Source: a virus. From it: a stretch of DNA of 64,000 nt. Under the pieces are notes generated by a model. That model searched no databases. It saw only the letters and a program-made list of their open reading frames with translations, and had not been told where the DNA came from. Positions 25,762 to 35,548 of the stretch are shown here, piece by piece. Positions within the stretch are counted from its first letter, which is position 1; each line of letters opens with the position of its first letter. The stretch spans positions 1 through 64,000 of the IMG/VR virus record IMGVR_UViG_3300037504_000674, one strand, 5' to 3'. The position numbers and the translations under genes are program-made.

Positions 25762-26761
25762 AATTCTCTCTTATCCTCCTGATTAACGACGCGAGAAGAT
25801 CGGGCTGCGAGCGCAAATTATCGAAAGCGTCCCTGCGACCGTGGCCCAATGTAGCTTCCTCTCCCGTTTCCTCATCAATGTAATAGTACCAAGCGCCCTT
25901 GCGGTACGCCACGCCAAGGTCCTTGCCCAAATCGAAGACCTCTTGAACAATATCAATCCCCAACCCATCTGTGATTTGAAACTCCGCCCACTGAAAAGCT
26001 GGCCCAACATTCTTTTGCCAGGTAATCCTGCTTGTGATACCGACAACAGTGTCATCTGAAGAAGACTCTCTCACGCGACCAGTATAATCAATTCTACCGA
26101 GCACCGACGAATAAAACTTGAGCGCATTGCCACCAACCAGGCCATAGCTTGGCCCAGCAAAGCTCTGTCTTCCAAACAGTGCGCTCCGCTGAGATGTAAA
26201 CAAAATAGCTGTTCCGGTTCTCTTGGCGGCTGACACTAATGGAACAAGTATTTTTTTCATCATCAGCGCATGCTTACCAGGTGCGTTTTCTGATGTTTCT
26301 CCAACCAAAAAAATCTTCGGCGCCCACGCAGCCACAGAATCAACTGCTATCATGGAATACTCGCCGCTTTCGGTCAGAGCGATTACGATATCGCCAACCT
26401 GCTCACCATACACGTCAAGACTCGGATCAATATCAAACACTGTCAGGTCATCCATGTCAACGCCGATATTGCCGAAATAGTCTGGGTCACAACGATGCTC
26501 AAGATTACCGAAAGCCACCTGCCCCAGCTTTTGAGCTTCCCGCATACACATTGCCATAAAGGTTGTTTTGCCGCCGCCCTCCTTTCCCCACACGGTTGTC
26601 AATAACCCGCGAGGGATACCGCACATTTTACCGCGCTCGCCAAGCGAAAGGTCGATTGCCATAGAGCCAGTGGATATGTACTCGATACCGTCAAGGTGCC
26701 CACTTTCTCCGGGAAACTTAATGACACCGCCATACTTCTGGTTCAGTTTTTTTAAGTCCAT
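25745..26761 (-). CDS. recA: RecA-like recombinase
   Basis: ISTGS..ID, GIPRG, GKEGGGKTT, VDSVAA, GGNALKFYSS, GAWY. Confidence 0.93.
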   Translation of the reverse strand: MDLKKLNQKYGGVIKFPGESGHLDGIEYISTGSMAIDLSLGERGKMCGIPRGLLTTVWGKEGGGKTTFMAMCMREAQKLGQVAFGNLEHRCDPDYFGNIGVDMDDLTVFDIDPSLDVYGEQVGDIVIALTESGEYSMIAVDSVAAWAPKIFLVGETSENAPGKHALMMKKILVPLVSAAKRTGTAILFTSQRSALFGRQSFAGPSYGLVGGNALKFYSSVLGRIDYTGRVRESSSDDTVVGITSRITWQKNVGPAFQWAEFQITDGLGIDIVQEVFDLGKDLGVAYRKGAWYYYIDEETGEEATLGHGRRDAFDNLRSQPDLLASLIRRIRENYVEEP

Positions 26762-26762
26762 G

Positions 26763-27254
26763 TTAAAGAGATACCTCCCAAACACCACCCCCTAACCACG
26801 CGAGACCATACGGCTCCAATTCACTCATGCCATAGGGGATAGATTTTCTGTCTAGCGCATTCTCTATATCGTAAAACAATTCTAGCGGAATCAGATATGT
26901 TACGCGCGGGTACTTTCTGTGACGTATCCGCTTGCCCATGCACAACCATAACCACATATGATAGTCGTCCTGGTGATCATCGGACCAGTTGCGCTTGTCA
27001 TCATCGATATCGCTAAAAGGTATACGTGTCTCGCCATACTTAACCTCGATGGCATGCCAGTCAACTCGGCGCTCACCCCAGTTTGGCACAGCAACCCGAA
27101 TGTCGAAAGTGCCAGCAGCAGCATTAGGATAAAGCACGTTATGACACCTCGGACAAGACACTGCATCGCGAGTTACCCTCACCCAGTAATCACCATGGGC
27201 TCTGAGCGAACGAGCTGCTTCCGCAGCCACGCCGTGGGACCCCCTCTCTTTCAT
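26763..27254 (-). CDS. PD-(D/E)XK nuclease, Holliday junction resolvase-like, with Zn knuckle
   Basis: FD...AIEVK; CPRC; adjacent to recA. Confidence 0.6.
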   Translation of the reverse strand: MKERGSHGVAAEAARSLRAHGDYWVRVTRDAVSCPRCHNVLYPNAAAGTFDIRVAVPNWGERRVDWHAIEVKYGETRIPFSDIDDDKRNWSDDHQDDYHMWLWLCMGKRIRHRKYPRVTYLIPLELFYDIENALDRKSIPYGMSELEPYGLAWLGGGVWEVSL

Positions 27255-27490
27255 AGGTAGCCCAGTTGGTCCAAATCAGTGATTAGCATCTTCTCGCCGC
27301 TCACGCCGTCCCACAACAAAGTAGGGCTAACGTATAAACATTCTAGCCGATCGTACTTGGCGAATTCAACCGAGTGGTCACCAGACCAGAATACAGAGCC
27401 GCAATACGGGCATTCACGTAGCCCATTGGGCAACATAACAAACCCGCGAGGCTGCTGACAATTAGGGCAATCATTCAGACTCATTAACAA
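27251..27490 (-). CDS. Zinc-ribbon protein
   Basis: CPNC...CPYC. Confidence 0.6.
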   Translation of the reverse strand: MLMSLNDCPNCQQPRGFVMLPNGLRECPYCGSVFWSGDHSVEFAKYDRLECLYVSPTLLWDGVSGEKMLITDLDQLGYL

Positions 27491-27797
27491 TACTCCTCGC
27501 TAGAACCAAATACCCGGCGGCGTCTCTAAATGAGTCATCAACAGGCTCGTTTTCGGCAGTTCCGTCACGCCTGAACAAAAGATTGCACAAACGGTCAATC
27601 TTGAGAATGACCATCAGTATAGCGTAGCCCTCTTTAGTTCGTGCGTCGATGCACATAAGATCGCAGATTTTAGATATACGCTTGAAGTTAGATAACACAT
27701 CGTCATCGGTCGCGTAATCATGAGCCTTCCTAGTAAGTGTATCAATCAAATCTTGATGCCAACGTTCTGCTAACTGAAGCATCTCCTCTGTTCTCAC
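27471..27797 (-). CDS. DUF1599/DUF6378-like (nucleotide-modification-associated) protein
   Basis: K.HDY, NF, KI.R, DS..D.AGY. Confidence 0.65.
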   Translation of the reverse strand: MRTEEMLQLAERWHQDLIDTLTRKAHDYATDDDVLSNFKRISKICDLMCIDARTKEGYAILMVILKIDRLCNLLFRRDGTAENEPVDDSFRDAAGYLVLARSIVNESE

Positions 27798-28774
27798 GCT
27801 TCCCCCCTTGCAGATACATACACAGTGGCAAACTGAACCGGTGAGTTAGTATGAAACTTGAGGTTGTTATAGTATGGCGTAGAGCTAATGATCTCTACGA
27901 GCATCATCCCATGATTCCAACGAGTCGTTGGCTTATAATGAGGGTTGAGATCGCACAAGCATGCGACTTCATACGCCTCACAAACTCTGAGCGGACCGCC
28001 AGCGGACCAATTGCCAGACTTGTGATTGTGACCCTGGATAACATCCTGCTGATACAGCCGGTCGTCAGCCTCATTCTTAGCGGCATATCCGCCGTGCTTG
28101 GAGTAGCGGCGACCGTGGATAACAGCCAGTCGATCATTACAGTACCAACGCTCAACGCCACCATACTTAATACCAAGGTCATCCATGCGCATCAATGACT
28201 CTATGCGCATCGCGTCTAGGTTGGCTATCTCTGGGCTCTTGTTGAGGAACCTGTCCCAGCGCGCCTCGTGGTTGCCTGGCACAAAATACCAATTGGCTTC
28301 TGGGGCAGACGACACCAACAAGCGATTCATCTTGTACCCAACGTTGAGCTCACCTTGCAATTGGGTGATTCTGTTGGGATCGCGGCTAAAAGAAGACACG
28401 GCGTACATATCCTGTATGTCGCCAGCCATAACAACTTCATCCGGATTGAATGACTGGATCGTCTTGGCGGCCATATGTATCGCACTCTCGTCGTGATATT
28501 CGTAGTGCATATCACATATCACAGCCATGCGCAAGTCTTCTAGCGAGCACTTGGTGATCCTTTTCTCTTGTTCCACCTCCCCATCGTCTATATCAAACTC
28601 GCACAGCTCATCATATGAGCAAATACCAAACTCGCGCTCGAAAGCCGCCTGCATTGACGAACGCGCCACTTTAATACCATCGTCGCGCATCTCTCTTACC
28701 ATATGTCGCCAGCCATCGCATTGCTCACGATAGTCAAGAGCTAACGACAGTATGTAATCCCAATCCCGTTTCAA
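27794..28774 (-). CDS. Calcineurin-like metallophosphoesterase
   Basis: DMH, GD..D, GNHE, HG, GHNH. Confidence 0.88.
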   Translation of the reverse strand: MKRDWDYILSLALDYREQCDGWRHMVREMRDDGIKVARSSMQAAFEREFGICSYDELCEFDIDDGEVEQEKRITKCSLEDLRMAVICDMHYEYHDESAIHMAAKTIQSFNPDEVVMAGDIQDMYAVSSFSRDPNRITQLQGELNVGYKMNRLLVSSAPEANWYFVPGNHEARWDRFLNKSPEIANLDAMRIESLMRMDDLGIKYGGVERWYCNDRLAVIHGRRYSKHGGYAAKNEADDRLYQQDVIQGHNHKSGNWSAGGPLRVCEAYEVACLCDLNPHYKPTTRWNHGMMLVEIISSTPYYNNLKFHTNSPVQFATVYVSARGEA

Positions 28775-29247
28775 TTGTCCTCCTGTCTTAGTCTAAGGTA
28801 CTCTAGTAGCCAAAGATCGAAACCGCCGCCCAGGTATTCTTGTATCACATCGCGCGATCCACAGCGAGGGCACTGTTCGCCGCCGTTAAATAGGTGCATG
28901 CAATTACAGCATTCGTATATGCACCCTAAGCCCAAATATCGCTGGTAGATTTTCTCTGGGTATGCGTATCCATACTTACTCGCCATGATTTGCAGGAGCT
29001 CCGCGATCCTGTCTGGAATACCTTGGTACTCATTGTGGCATCGCCTACACACAGACGCGCGGTTCTTGTCCGAGAAACAGAGCTCCATCTCTTCTTTGGT
29101 AGATGCAAACGCCGAGCGGGAAACGATCTCATGAGGGTCTACAGCGGGGGCGTTACAGATGACGCACCTTCCATGATCGCGCTGGTATACCCGTCTCCGC
29201 GAATCATAGGTATCATACATATCAATTAAATCTTTTCTAATCCCCAT
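28771..29247 (-). CDS. HNH-like endonuclease with extra C-terminal zinc ribbon
   Basis: RD..RCVIC, DPHEI, N...VCRRCH; CCNC..CPRC. Confidence 0.7.
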   Translation of the reverse strand: MGIRKDLIDMYDTYDSRRRVYQRDHGRCVICNAPAVDPHEIVSRSAFASTKEEMELCFSDKNRASVCRRCHNEYQGIPDRIAELLQIMASKYGYAYPEKIYQRYLGLGCIYECCNCMHLFNGGEQCPRCGSRDVIQEYLGGGFDLWLLEYLRLRQEDN

Positions 29248-29254
29248 ATAGCAG

Positions 29255-29282
29255 ATTGTATCACATCATTCTAGTTTGTCAA
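29255..29282 (-). promoter_or_regulatory. Sigma70 consensus promoter; leaderless transcript
   Basis: TTGACA-N16-TACAAT with extended TG; ATG 7 nt downstream. Confidence 0.8.
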
Positions 29283-29289
29283 GTTTAAG

Positions 29290-29324
29290 TTAAGGTTGGG
29301 ATACGTCTGAATTTGCGATAAAAT
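29290..29324 (+). promoter_or_regulatory. Late promoter motif, copy 1
   Basis: TTAAGGTTG-N20-TAAAAT. Confidence 0.7.
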
Positions 29325-29331
29325 GTTACCC

Positions 29332-29928
29332 ATGAGGAAACGCGAGCCATTACTAAAGAAAGATAAGTGCATATTAGCCGAGATGGTGGCGCGCAAGGGG
29401 ATTATTTGCTCACCAGACGTCCTCATCATTGCCGATAACTGCAACGCAACCGTTGAGTACGTTCACGACATCATCAATGCTTCCAACAACAAAGGCAAGG
29501 ATATTAACCAGCGCGTCAACAAATCGCTCGCGCATGTTCCGCTAAACAGCGACGAGCGCATCATGGCATACGCCCAAGTGATGTTGGAAGACAAGCTGAA
29601 TCGTAGAAGAATAAATGATTTACAGCTCACTGACCGCGACCCATTAGATATCCTCGACTTCGCCAGGAAGCTGAGGCACCCAGAACGCGGAACCAACATC
29701 CAAATCAACAACGCAAATCAGCCACAGATGTTTGACTTTTCTGGATGGGATACTGAGCAACTACAAAGGCTTGTCAGCAGAGTACAGTCAGCAATCGAAA
29801 CTGGAAATATAGAGGCGGTAGATGCAGAATTCAGAGAGATCGAAGATTCTCTTGCAATTTTACCAGGACGCTCAAGCGACGCTGAACCAGAAGCTATATC
29901 AGAAGGCGCTCACCAGGCCGAAGAATGA
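29332..29928 (+). CDS. Probable terminase small subunit
   Basis: Directly upstream of TerL; TNIQINN and D.S..DTEQL tail. Confidence 0.6.
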   Translation: MRKREPLLKKDKCILAEMVARKGIICSPDVLIIADNCNATVEYVHDIINASNNKGKDINQRVNKSLAHVPLNSDERIMAYAQVMLEDKLNRRRINDLQLTDRDPLDILDFARKLRHPERGTNIQINNANQPQMFDFSGWDTEQLQRLVSRVQSAIETGNIEAVDAEFREIEDSLAILPGRSSDAEPEAISEGAHQAEE

Positions 29929-31474
29929 TGACGAGTTATGGGAGTGGATACGGGATGCGTTAGGATTCAAGATGTCTCGCCACACCACGCACCCAGAGCA
30001 TAAAACGCTATTCCAATTTATCGCCGATGCGTTTTTCGAGCGCGAGCCGATACTACTAGCTAGAGGTAATCGGGGCGGCGGGAAAACGCGCGGCTACTCG
30101 ATTTTCGAGACTGCCACCACAGTCTTCAAAGACCATTCATTCACTGTGCATGTAGGAGGTTCTGAGGGGCAAGCGAAGGACGGGTACGCATACTACGCAG
30201 GATCAAAAGCCAGGGATGGTGAGGACGGATTGATTCGCAAGCCATACTTCGCGAACCTACTAGACGAGGAGCCTATGGTGAGCAGAACAGTGCTCACCAA
30301 CGGGGCTAAGCTAGAGATTCGAACTGGCGGCTCCGAGCGCGCTGTTTCGGGACCGCACCCTCAAATTCTGGCGGTAGATGAGGTTGATCATATTGACCCG
30401 CAGACGCTCGCCACAGCCATGGAGATGCCCATGGATGGTCATGGATACAAGGCAACTACCCTTCTTGCGTCTAGTCAATACCACTCTTCCGGGACCATGC
30501 AGTCGTTTATCGATACGGCTGAAGAGCGGAATCTACCAGTGTATCAATTTGACATCTTTGATACCATGCAGCCGTGCGGAAGAGAATACCCATCGGAATG
30601 CGGTGACTGCCCCCTACAATACTGGGTCAATCCATACACGAACAATCACGAGGAATTATGCACCGGGCGCGGGTCAAGAGCCGATGGGCACTACCCGTAC
30701 ACCAATGTAGTGAGTAAGTTCGTAAACGCAATTGACCCAGAGAAATGGGCTTTGCAAAACTTGCTTCTCAACGATCGCCAGCAGGGCCTGGTGTACCCGC
30801 AATACGATTCTGGGAACCAGCAATCGTTCCCGCCAAGCGGCGCCGATCTAACGAAGTGGACCTGCTTTGCGGGTATCGACCAGCGGGGTAGAGGCAGAAT
30901 TGTAGTTCTTGCTCAGGGGCCAGACGAATACTCTAATGGCAAAAAGCCAACTTGGGCCATAGCGGAATGGGCTGATGATAACAACACGCCCAGCAAGCTA
31001 ATCCAAGCCGCAAAAGATATGTCGAGGCGCATTGTTGAAGAGTTCGGGTTACATATATCTGCGTTTTGGTCCGAGAGGGCAGCGGCGGACTTGATTAAAG
31101 ACTGGCCCGCAGATATGGGCTGCTCAATCATTCCTAAGGAAGTGGCTAACGTGGCCTACGGCATTGGCGTGGTGAGGGACGCATTCAGGGATAACACCAT
31201 GACACGCTCGTTATTCATTGATACCGAACGCTGCCCGAAATTACACCGGGCTATAGCTAAAAAATACAAGTGCAAGCGTAATGCAGACGGATCATACAAC
31301 CGAGATAGACCCGGCAAATCCGGCGAGGATTTCGCTGACACTCTCAGGTACGCCTATGTGGGTGGCGCAGGCAGATCGTATTTCCATCTACCAGAACCTG
31401 TCATATTGGGACCTCCGAGAGGCGCGTTCGGTAATCAAGAACGACATACGCAAAACAAATGGCGACCGTATTAA
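29822..31474 (+). CDS. terL: Terminase large subunit
   Basis: GNRGGGKT, AVDEVD, GLVYPQY, GID, D.ADTLRY. Confidence 0.85.
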   Translation: MQNSERSKILLQFYQDAQATLNQKLYQKALTRPKNDDELWEWIRDALGFKMSRHTTHPEHKTLFQFIADAFFEREPILLARGNRGGGKTRGYSIFETATTVFKDHSFTVHVGGSEGQAKDGYAYYAGSKARDGEDGLIRKPYFANLLDEEPMVSRTVLTNGAKLEIRTGGSERAVSGPHPQILAVDEVDHIDPQTLATAMEMPMDGHGYKATTLLASSQYHSSGTMQSFIDTAEERNLPVYQFDIFDTMQPCGREYPSECGDCPLQYWVNPYTNNHEELCTGRGSRADGHYPYTNVVSKFVNAIDPEKWALQNLLLNDRQQGLVYPQYDSGNQQSFPPSGADLTKWTCFAGIDQRGRGRIVVLAQGPDEYSNGKKPTWAIAEWADDNNTPSKLIQAAKDMSRRIVEEFGLHISAFWSERAAADLIKDWPADMGCSIIPKEVANVAYGIGVVRDAFRDNTMTRSLFIDTERCPKLHRAIAKKYKCKRNADGSYNRDRPGKSGEDFADTLRYAYVGGAGRSYFHLPEPVILGPPRGAFGNQERHTQNKWRPY

Positions 31475-31475
31475 G

Positions 31476-31877
31476 TCACCTCGCGTCCCGGTTCAGTCTA
31501 GATGCAGTCACGTACTTTAAAATATCAACCCTAATACCTCTACCCACTGTACCCCAGGCAACCGCAGACTCGTAATCAATTTCGGCCACGATACCATTAC
31601 GCACCATCCAATCATAACCGCCATCCTGAATACCAGCGCAATCAACGACTAGCATGGTCCTGCATGGCAGCGTGCTATCGTGCGGGCACACCAGCACCAC
31701 ATCCCCAATTAGATCGGGCTCCAGTAGCGCAATGCGCCCGTCTGCTTCAGGGAGCTCTTGTGGTAGCGAGTGGTTTGTCCGCCCAGGGGTTTGCCTGACG
31801 CGGATCACCTCTTCCATTTTCCCAGGGGCATACTGAGATGCCCACCCAGATAGAATTAGAATCAGTATCACGCGCAT
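31476..31877 (-). CDS. Exported RlpA-like double-psi beta-barrel protein
   Basis: Hydrophobic N-terminus, GWASQY, IA, VVDC, EID. Confidence 0.55.
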   Translation of the reverse strand: MRVILILILSGWASQYAPGKMEEVIRVRQTPGRTNHSLPQELPEADGRIALLEPDLIGDVVLVCPHDSTLPCRTMLVVDCAGIQDGGYDWMVRNGIVAEIDYESAVAWGTVGRGIRVDILKYVTASRLNRDAR

Positions 31878-31881
31878 GGCA

Positions 31882-31989
31882 TTACGGTAGTGTCGATAGC
31901 GACTGCATCATGACGAATAGTGCTACCACAGCCAAACATGACAGCGCAACGCCTAATGCAAACACCAGAACTTTCTGACTTTCACTCAT
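31882..31989 (-). CDS. Single-helix membrane peptide (35 aa)
   Basis: GGAGG RBS; MSESQKVLVFALGVALSCLAVVALFVMMQSLSTLP. Confidence 0.55.
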   Translation of the reverse strand: MSESQKVLVFALGVALSCLAVVALFVMMQSLSTLP

Positions 31990-32003
31990 GATTCGCCTCC
32001 AGG

Positions 32004-32056
32004 TTAAGGTTGGTTATCGTCTGATATTAGTCTACACTAATTACGCCAAAAGTCAA
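32004..32056. promoter_or_regulatory. Overlapping divergent promoters: late motif copy 2 (+) and sigma70 (-)
   Basis: + strand TTAAGGTTG-N20-TACACT (32004-32038); - strand TTGACT-N16-TAGACT (32056-32029). Confidence 0.65.
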
Positions 32057-32075
32057 GCGACCAAAGGAGAAAAGA

Positions 32076-32372
32076 ATGGACACTCTGTTCGTAGCAGAAG
32101 CTGTAGCGGCGGCACTGTTTCTCGCCGTCGTTAACAAGACAATTGTTGACGCGCTCGCCAATCCGGTGCGCCAGAGGTACCCAGATTTGGATATGTGGTG
32201 GCTATTTTACGTGGCGCTCTTTACCGGATTTGCAATCGGGTGGTTCTCGGATATCAACGTTTTCCCAGAAGAAATCATGTCCAACATTCTTGTGGGGAAG
32301 ATACTCACCTCCCTCTTGATTGGTGGTGGTTCTTCGCTGATCCACGACATCTTTGATAGCCAAGAAGCATAG
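32076..32372 (+). CDS. Probable holin (3 TM)
   Basis: Three hydrophobic helices; ILTSLLIGGGS..IHD motif. Confidence 0.7.
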   Translation: MDTLFVAEAVAAALFLAVVNKTIVDALANPVRQRYPDLDMWWLFYVALFTGFAIGWFSDINVFPEEIMSNILVGKILTSLLIGGGSSLIHDIFDSQEA

Positions 32373-32375
32373 CTG

Positions 32376-32726
32376 ATGTCTGTCCCCAAGAAATACAGCC
32401 ACATCGATTTCACCCCGCCAGCAGGGGCGCGCAAGGCAGCTAAGCGCGCCCTAGCCTGGCGTGAGGAATACGGGCGTGGCGGAACAGATGTAGGAGTCGC
32501 TCGTGCCAGAGATATCTCAAATGGAGAGCGCCTAAGCCCCGATACTGTTATGCGCATGCATCAATTCTTCGCTCGTCATGGCAACCACCACGCAAAGCAC
32601 TACAAGATAAAGAACGGCGAACCTTCCACTTGGCGCATAGCGTGGGACCTATGGGGAGGAGATGACGGGCGCTCATGGGCAAATAAGATCGTCAAGCAAA
32701 TGTACGCCGCTGATGAGAAGGAGTAG
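32376..32726 (+). CDS. Conserved head-module protein
   Basis: GRGGT.VG.ARAR...RM..FFARH...IAW.LWGG. Confidence 0.65.
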   Translation: MSVPKKYSHIDFTPPAGARKAAKRALAWREEYGRGGTDVGVARARDISNGERLSPDTVMRMHQFFARHGNHHAKHYKIKNGEPSTWRIAWDLWGGDDGRSWANKIVKQMYAADEKE

Positions 32727-32729
32727 CAA

Positions 32730-34736
32730 TTGACTGAATATGGTGTAACCGGGCTCAATCAATACGCCGGTATGGTATCAGAGTCTTGGATACCATCGCT
32801 GCGTACCAGCAGGCAGAAGATTCGCATTTACGACGAGATGTCACGCATTTACCCAGTGGGGTCCGCCATGATGCGCACGACATCCATGTTCATGCAGGGC
32901 GCCGAAGTTCGTATAAAACCTGCTGGCGAAGAGCAAGCAGACTATGATAATGCAGACTTCATTAACGATAACATCCACACAATGTACAAAGATTTCTCGG
33001 ATATCATGTCTGACATCGTAAATTTTGTGGCGTATGGCTGGTTCGACTGCGAGCTAGTATATGAGCACGGGGATGATGGAAGGATTAGATGGAAAAAGTG
33101 GGCACCGCGTCACCCGACGACACTCGATAGGTGGGATATCGGACCTCACGGCGATCTTCGCGGGATGTGGCAGCAATGGCTCAATCAGAAAGCGTACATA
33201 CCAATAGAAAAGCTCATACATTTTACCACAACCGGTGCTGGCAAGAATAACCCAGAAGGCACCAGCGTATTCGAGGGCGGTTACACCAGCTGGTTCTACT
33301 CAAAGAACTTATCGATCCTAGAAGCTGTTGTGTGTGAGCGGTTAAGCGGGACCCCCACGATGAAGATGCCACCCAACGTTGACCTCACAGAATCCGGCGA
33401 TAATTCTGACATCGGTAGAGCGAAACGGATAGTCCGCAACATCAAGACTGGCGACGATATGGGCCTCACGCTACCAGACGGATGGAATTTTGAGTACACC
33501 ATGCCGTCGCACGGACCGGCAATTGATATCAGCGAGGTCATCCTGCGCCACGACCGGGCATTTGCTCGCACGCTGCTAATGGATTTTATCATGCTGGGGG
33601 CCAAAGAGACCGGCTCGTTTGCAATGATCAAGGACAAGTCCTCAATGTATGTGATCGCGCTCAACACATACCTGTCCAAAATAGCAGGCGCGATTAACAA
33701 CCAGGCTATTCCGCGCCTTTTTGAACTGAATGCAATGCCGCGCGGGTCAGGCCTCCCCACTCTTTACTTCGATAAGATCAGCAAGGTAGATATTGGCGAT
33801 TACTCGACGATGATCAGCAATTTGTTCAACGCCGGCGCCGTCACGTACAGCCTTGATACCGAAAATCAAATCCGCCGCGTTGTTGGTCTAGAGCAAATAA
33901 GGGAACCTGGCATGATGCTAAAGCCTAACCTGCCAGCGCAAGCTAACCCTGAAGACGGCAAAGAGGTAGGCGAGACTAAAATCCCCAAGTCGCAAGCCGC
34001 TTACACGGACGCAGAAACAGCCGAGGAAATGGAAGAGATGGCGGACCGCGTAGGCATGCAGCTTGTTCGCGCCTACGACAAAGCCGCCAAGGGCTTGCGC
34101 GACGACATCAAGACAGACAACGAGGAAGAATGGGAAGGCATCGTTGATTTTTACTTGTCTGATATCTCCGAAGCTCTCAAGGACCGGCTGAGCAGGTCAT
34201 TTTTCAGCATGTGGAAGGAAGCGGTTGGCGATCGGCCCGGCGTTGAAGGCCTGCGGGCTATTGTTATGTACTTATCAGAGCAGGCCGACTACATCGATGA
34301 TAGCTTGCTGCCCGGCATACGCTCAAAGATACTTGAGAGCGCGCGCAACGCGAGAGACGAAGGTGTTACCCCGGCGTTCTTCTCCATGGCCATATCTGCC
34401 GCTATCGACGAGTTCAGGTATCGCGTTTCTCAATACGCCGGTAGCGTATACTCGTTGTTCGCCAACCACGCAGGCGCTCAAGCCGCCAAGAAAAAAGCTG
34501 ATTCCATCTGGTCTACTCATGGACTAAGCGTAAACTGGGACACCGGCAAACTTGTCGGGGACGGCTTACTCGCGCGCTACAGCGGCCCGGAAGACGAGCG
34601 CAACTGCCGTGGCTGCGATCACAATCTTGATCTTGGATGGACCAACCCTGAAAACCTAACCCCGATTGGGCAGAATGAATGCCTGCATAACTGTCGGCAC
34701 TTCATAGAGTACAAATATCGTGGGAGGATTTTGTGA
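32730..34736 (+). CDS. Portal protein (Mu gp29/DUF935-like) with C-terminal MuF-like extension
   Basis: YG....ELVY, NPEG.S, ERL.G.P, IPRLFELN; C-terminal CRGC...C.HNCRH. Confidence 0.8.
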   Translation: MTEYGVTGLNQYAGMVSESWIPSLRTSRQKIRIYDEMSRIYPVGSAMMRTTSMFMQGAEVRIKPAGEEQADYDNADFINDNIHTMYKDFSDIMSDIVNFVAYGWFDCELVYEHGDDGRIRWKKWAPRHPTTLDRWDIGPHGDLRGMWQQWLNQKAYIPIEKLIHFTTTGAGKNNPEGTSVFEGGYTSWFYSKNLSILEAVVCERLSGTPTMKMPPNVDLTESGDNSDIGRAKRIVRNIKTGDDMGLTLPDGWNFEYTMPSHGPAIDISEVILRHDRAFARTLLMDFIMLGAKETGSFAMIKDKSSMYVIALNTYLSKIAGAINNQAIPRLFELNAMPRGSGLPTLYFDKISKVDIGDYSTMISNLFNAGAVTYSLDTENQIRRVVGLEQIREPGMMLKPNLPAQANPEDGKEVGETKIPKSQAAYTDAETAEEMEEMADRVGMQLVRAYDKAAKGLRDDIKTDNEEEWEGIVDFYLSDISEALKDRLSRSFFSMWKEAVGDRPGVEGLRAIVMYLSEQADYIDDSLLPGIRSKILESARNARDEGVTPAFFSMAISAAIDEFRYRVSQYAGSVYSLFANHAGAQAAKKKADSIWSTHGLSVNWDTGKLVGDGLLARYSGPEDERNCRGCDHNLDLGWTNPENLTPIGQNECLHNCRHFIEYKYRGRIL

Positions 34737-34809
34737 GCGACCACGACCTGAAACAGTGCGTAGGATTGTTAATCACGTTCGTATTTGTGATACTGGCAGT
34801 GCTCTTTTT

Positions 34810-35319
34810 ATGAGAGTAGGCCTAGAGCTTGATGGTGTCGTATGTGATATTGTGAGGGCGGCAGAAGAAGCATGGGGTAAGCCAGATGTTCCATGTGCAT
34901 ATTCACTAGAAGAGATGTACCCGATGGTGTCATCTGATAATTTATCGCTCTGGCGATCATCAAATAGCACCTACCGGCGCATGCACCCAGTACCACATGC
35001 TTGCGAGTCATTGGTATCACTATCCGACAACCATCACATTGTAGTAATCACCAGTAGACCCAAGCACCTCAGCAAGGTGACACAAGACTGGTTAAAACTT
35101 CACGGACTTGATTTTGTCAGAGTAATTCACACATACAGCAAAGATGCTCAAGTTGTCACCTCAAGAATCGACGTGTTCATTGAATCGCTGGCTGACGTGG
35201 CTAATGCTATCAGCGATGTGTGTGACGTTTATCTGTTCAACCAACCATATAACGCCGGTCGCACAGTGCAGGCAAAGCGCGTTGGCGACTGGAAACAATT
35301 GGTAAAGGAGTTAACGTGA
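34810..35319 (+). CDS. 5'(3')-deoxyribonucleotidase-like HAD protein with degenerate motifs
   Basis: GLELDGV, ITSRP, T.DWL, K, DVFIES, FNQPYN. Confidence 0.7.
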   Translation: MRVGLELDGVVCDIVRAAEEAWGKPDVPCAYSLEEMYPMVSSDNLSLWRSSNSTYRRMHPVPHACESLVSLSDNHHIVVITSRPKHLSKVTQDWLKLHGLDFVRVIHTYSKDAQVVTSRIDVFIESLADVANAISDVCDVYLFNQPYNAGRTVQAKRVGDWKQLVKELT

Positions 35320-35528
35320 AACCCGCAAGTGCAGAAGAGATGCGCAAGATGCTAGTTAGATACTACCCGCTTATGACATGGCTAGAAAGCCAATGTGGAT
35401 ACGGCACATATATTCTGAAGGTGCATGGCAAAAGACCAGTTAAGATTTGGGAGGTACTGGCAGAGGAAAACCTTGAGCCCGACGATGAGCGAGCCGTACA
35501 ATTTTTAAGGTTGTCTTCAGACTTATAA
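35316..35528 (+). CDS. Small hypothetical protein
   Basis: AAGGAG RBS, GTG start. Confidence 0.5.
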   Translation: MKPASAEEMRKMLVRYYPLMTWLESQCGYGTYILKVHGKRPVKIWEVLAEENLEPDDERAVQFLRLSSDL

Positions 35529-35539
35529 AACAATATGAT
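35505..35539 (+). promoter_or_regulatory. Late promoter motif, copy 3
   Basis: TTAAGGTTG-N20-TATGAT. Confidence 0.7.
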
Positions 35540-35548
35540 TGAGGTAAG

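Noticed and set aside
16441-31474. Inteins or introns in NrdJ, RecA or TerL
   Set aside because: Lengths are normal and no splice-junction motifs were seen.
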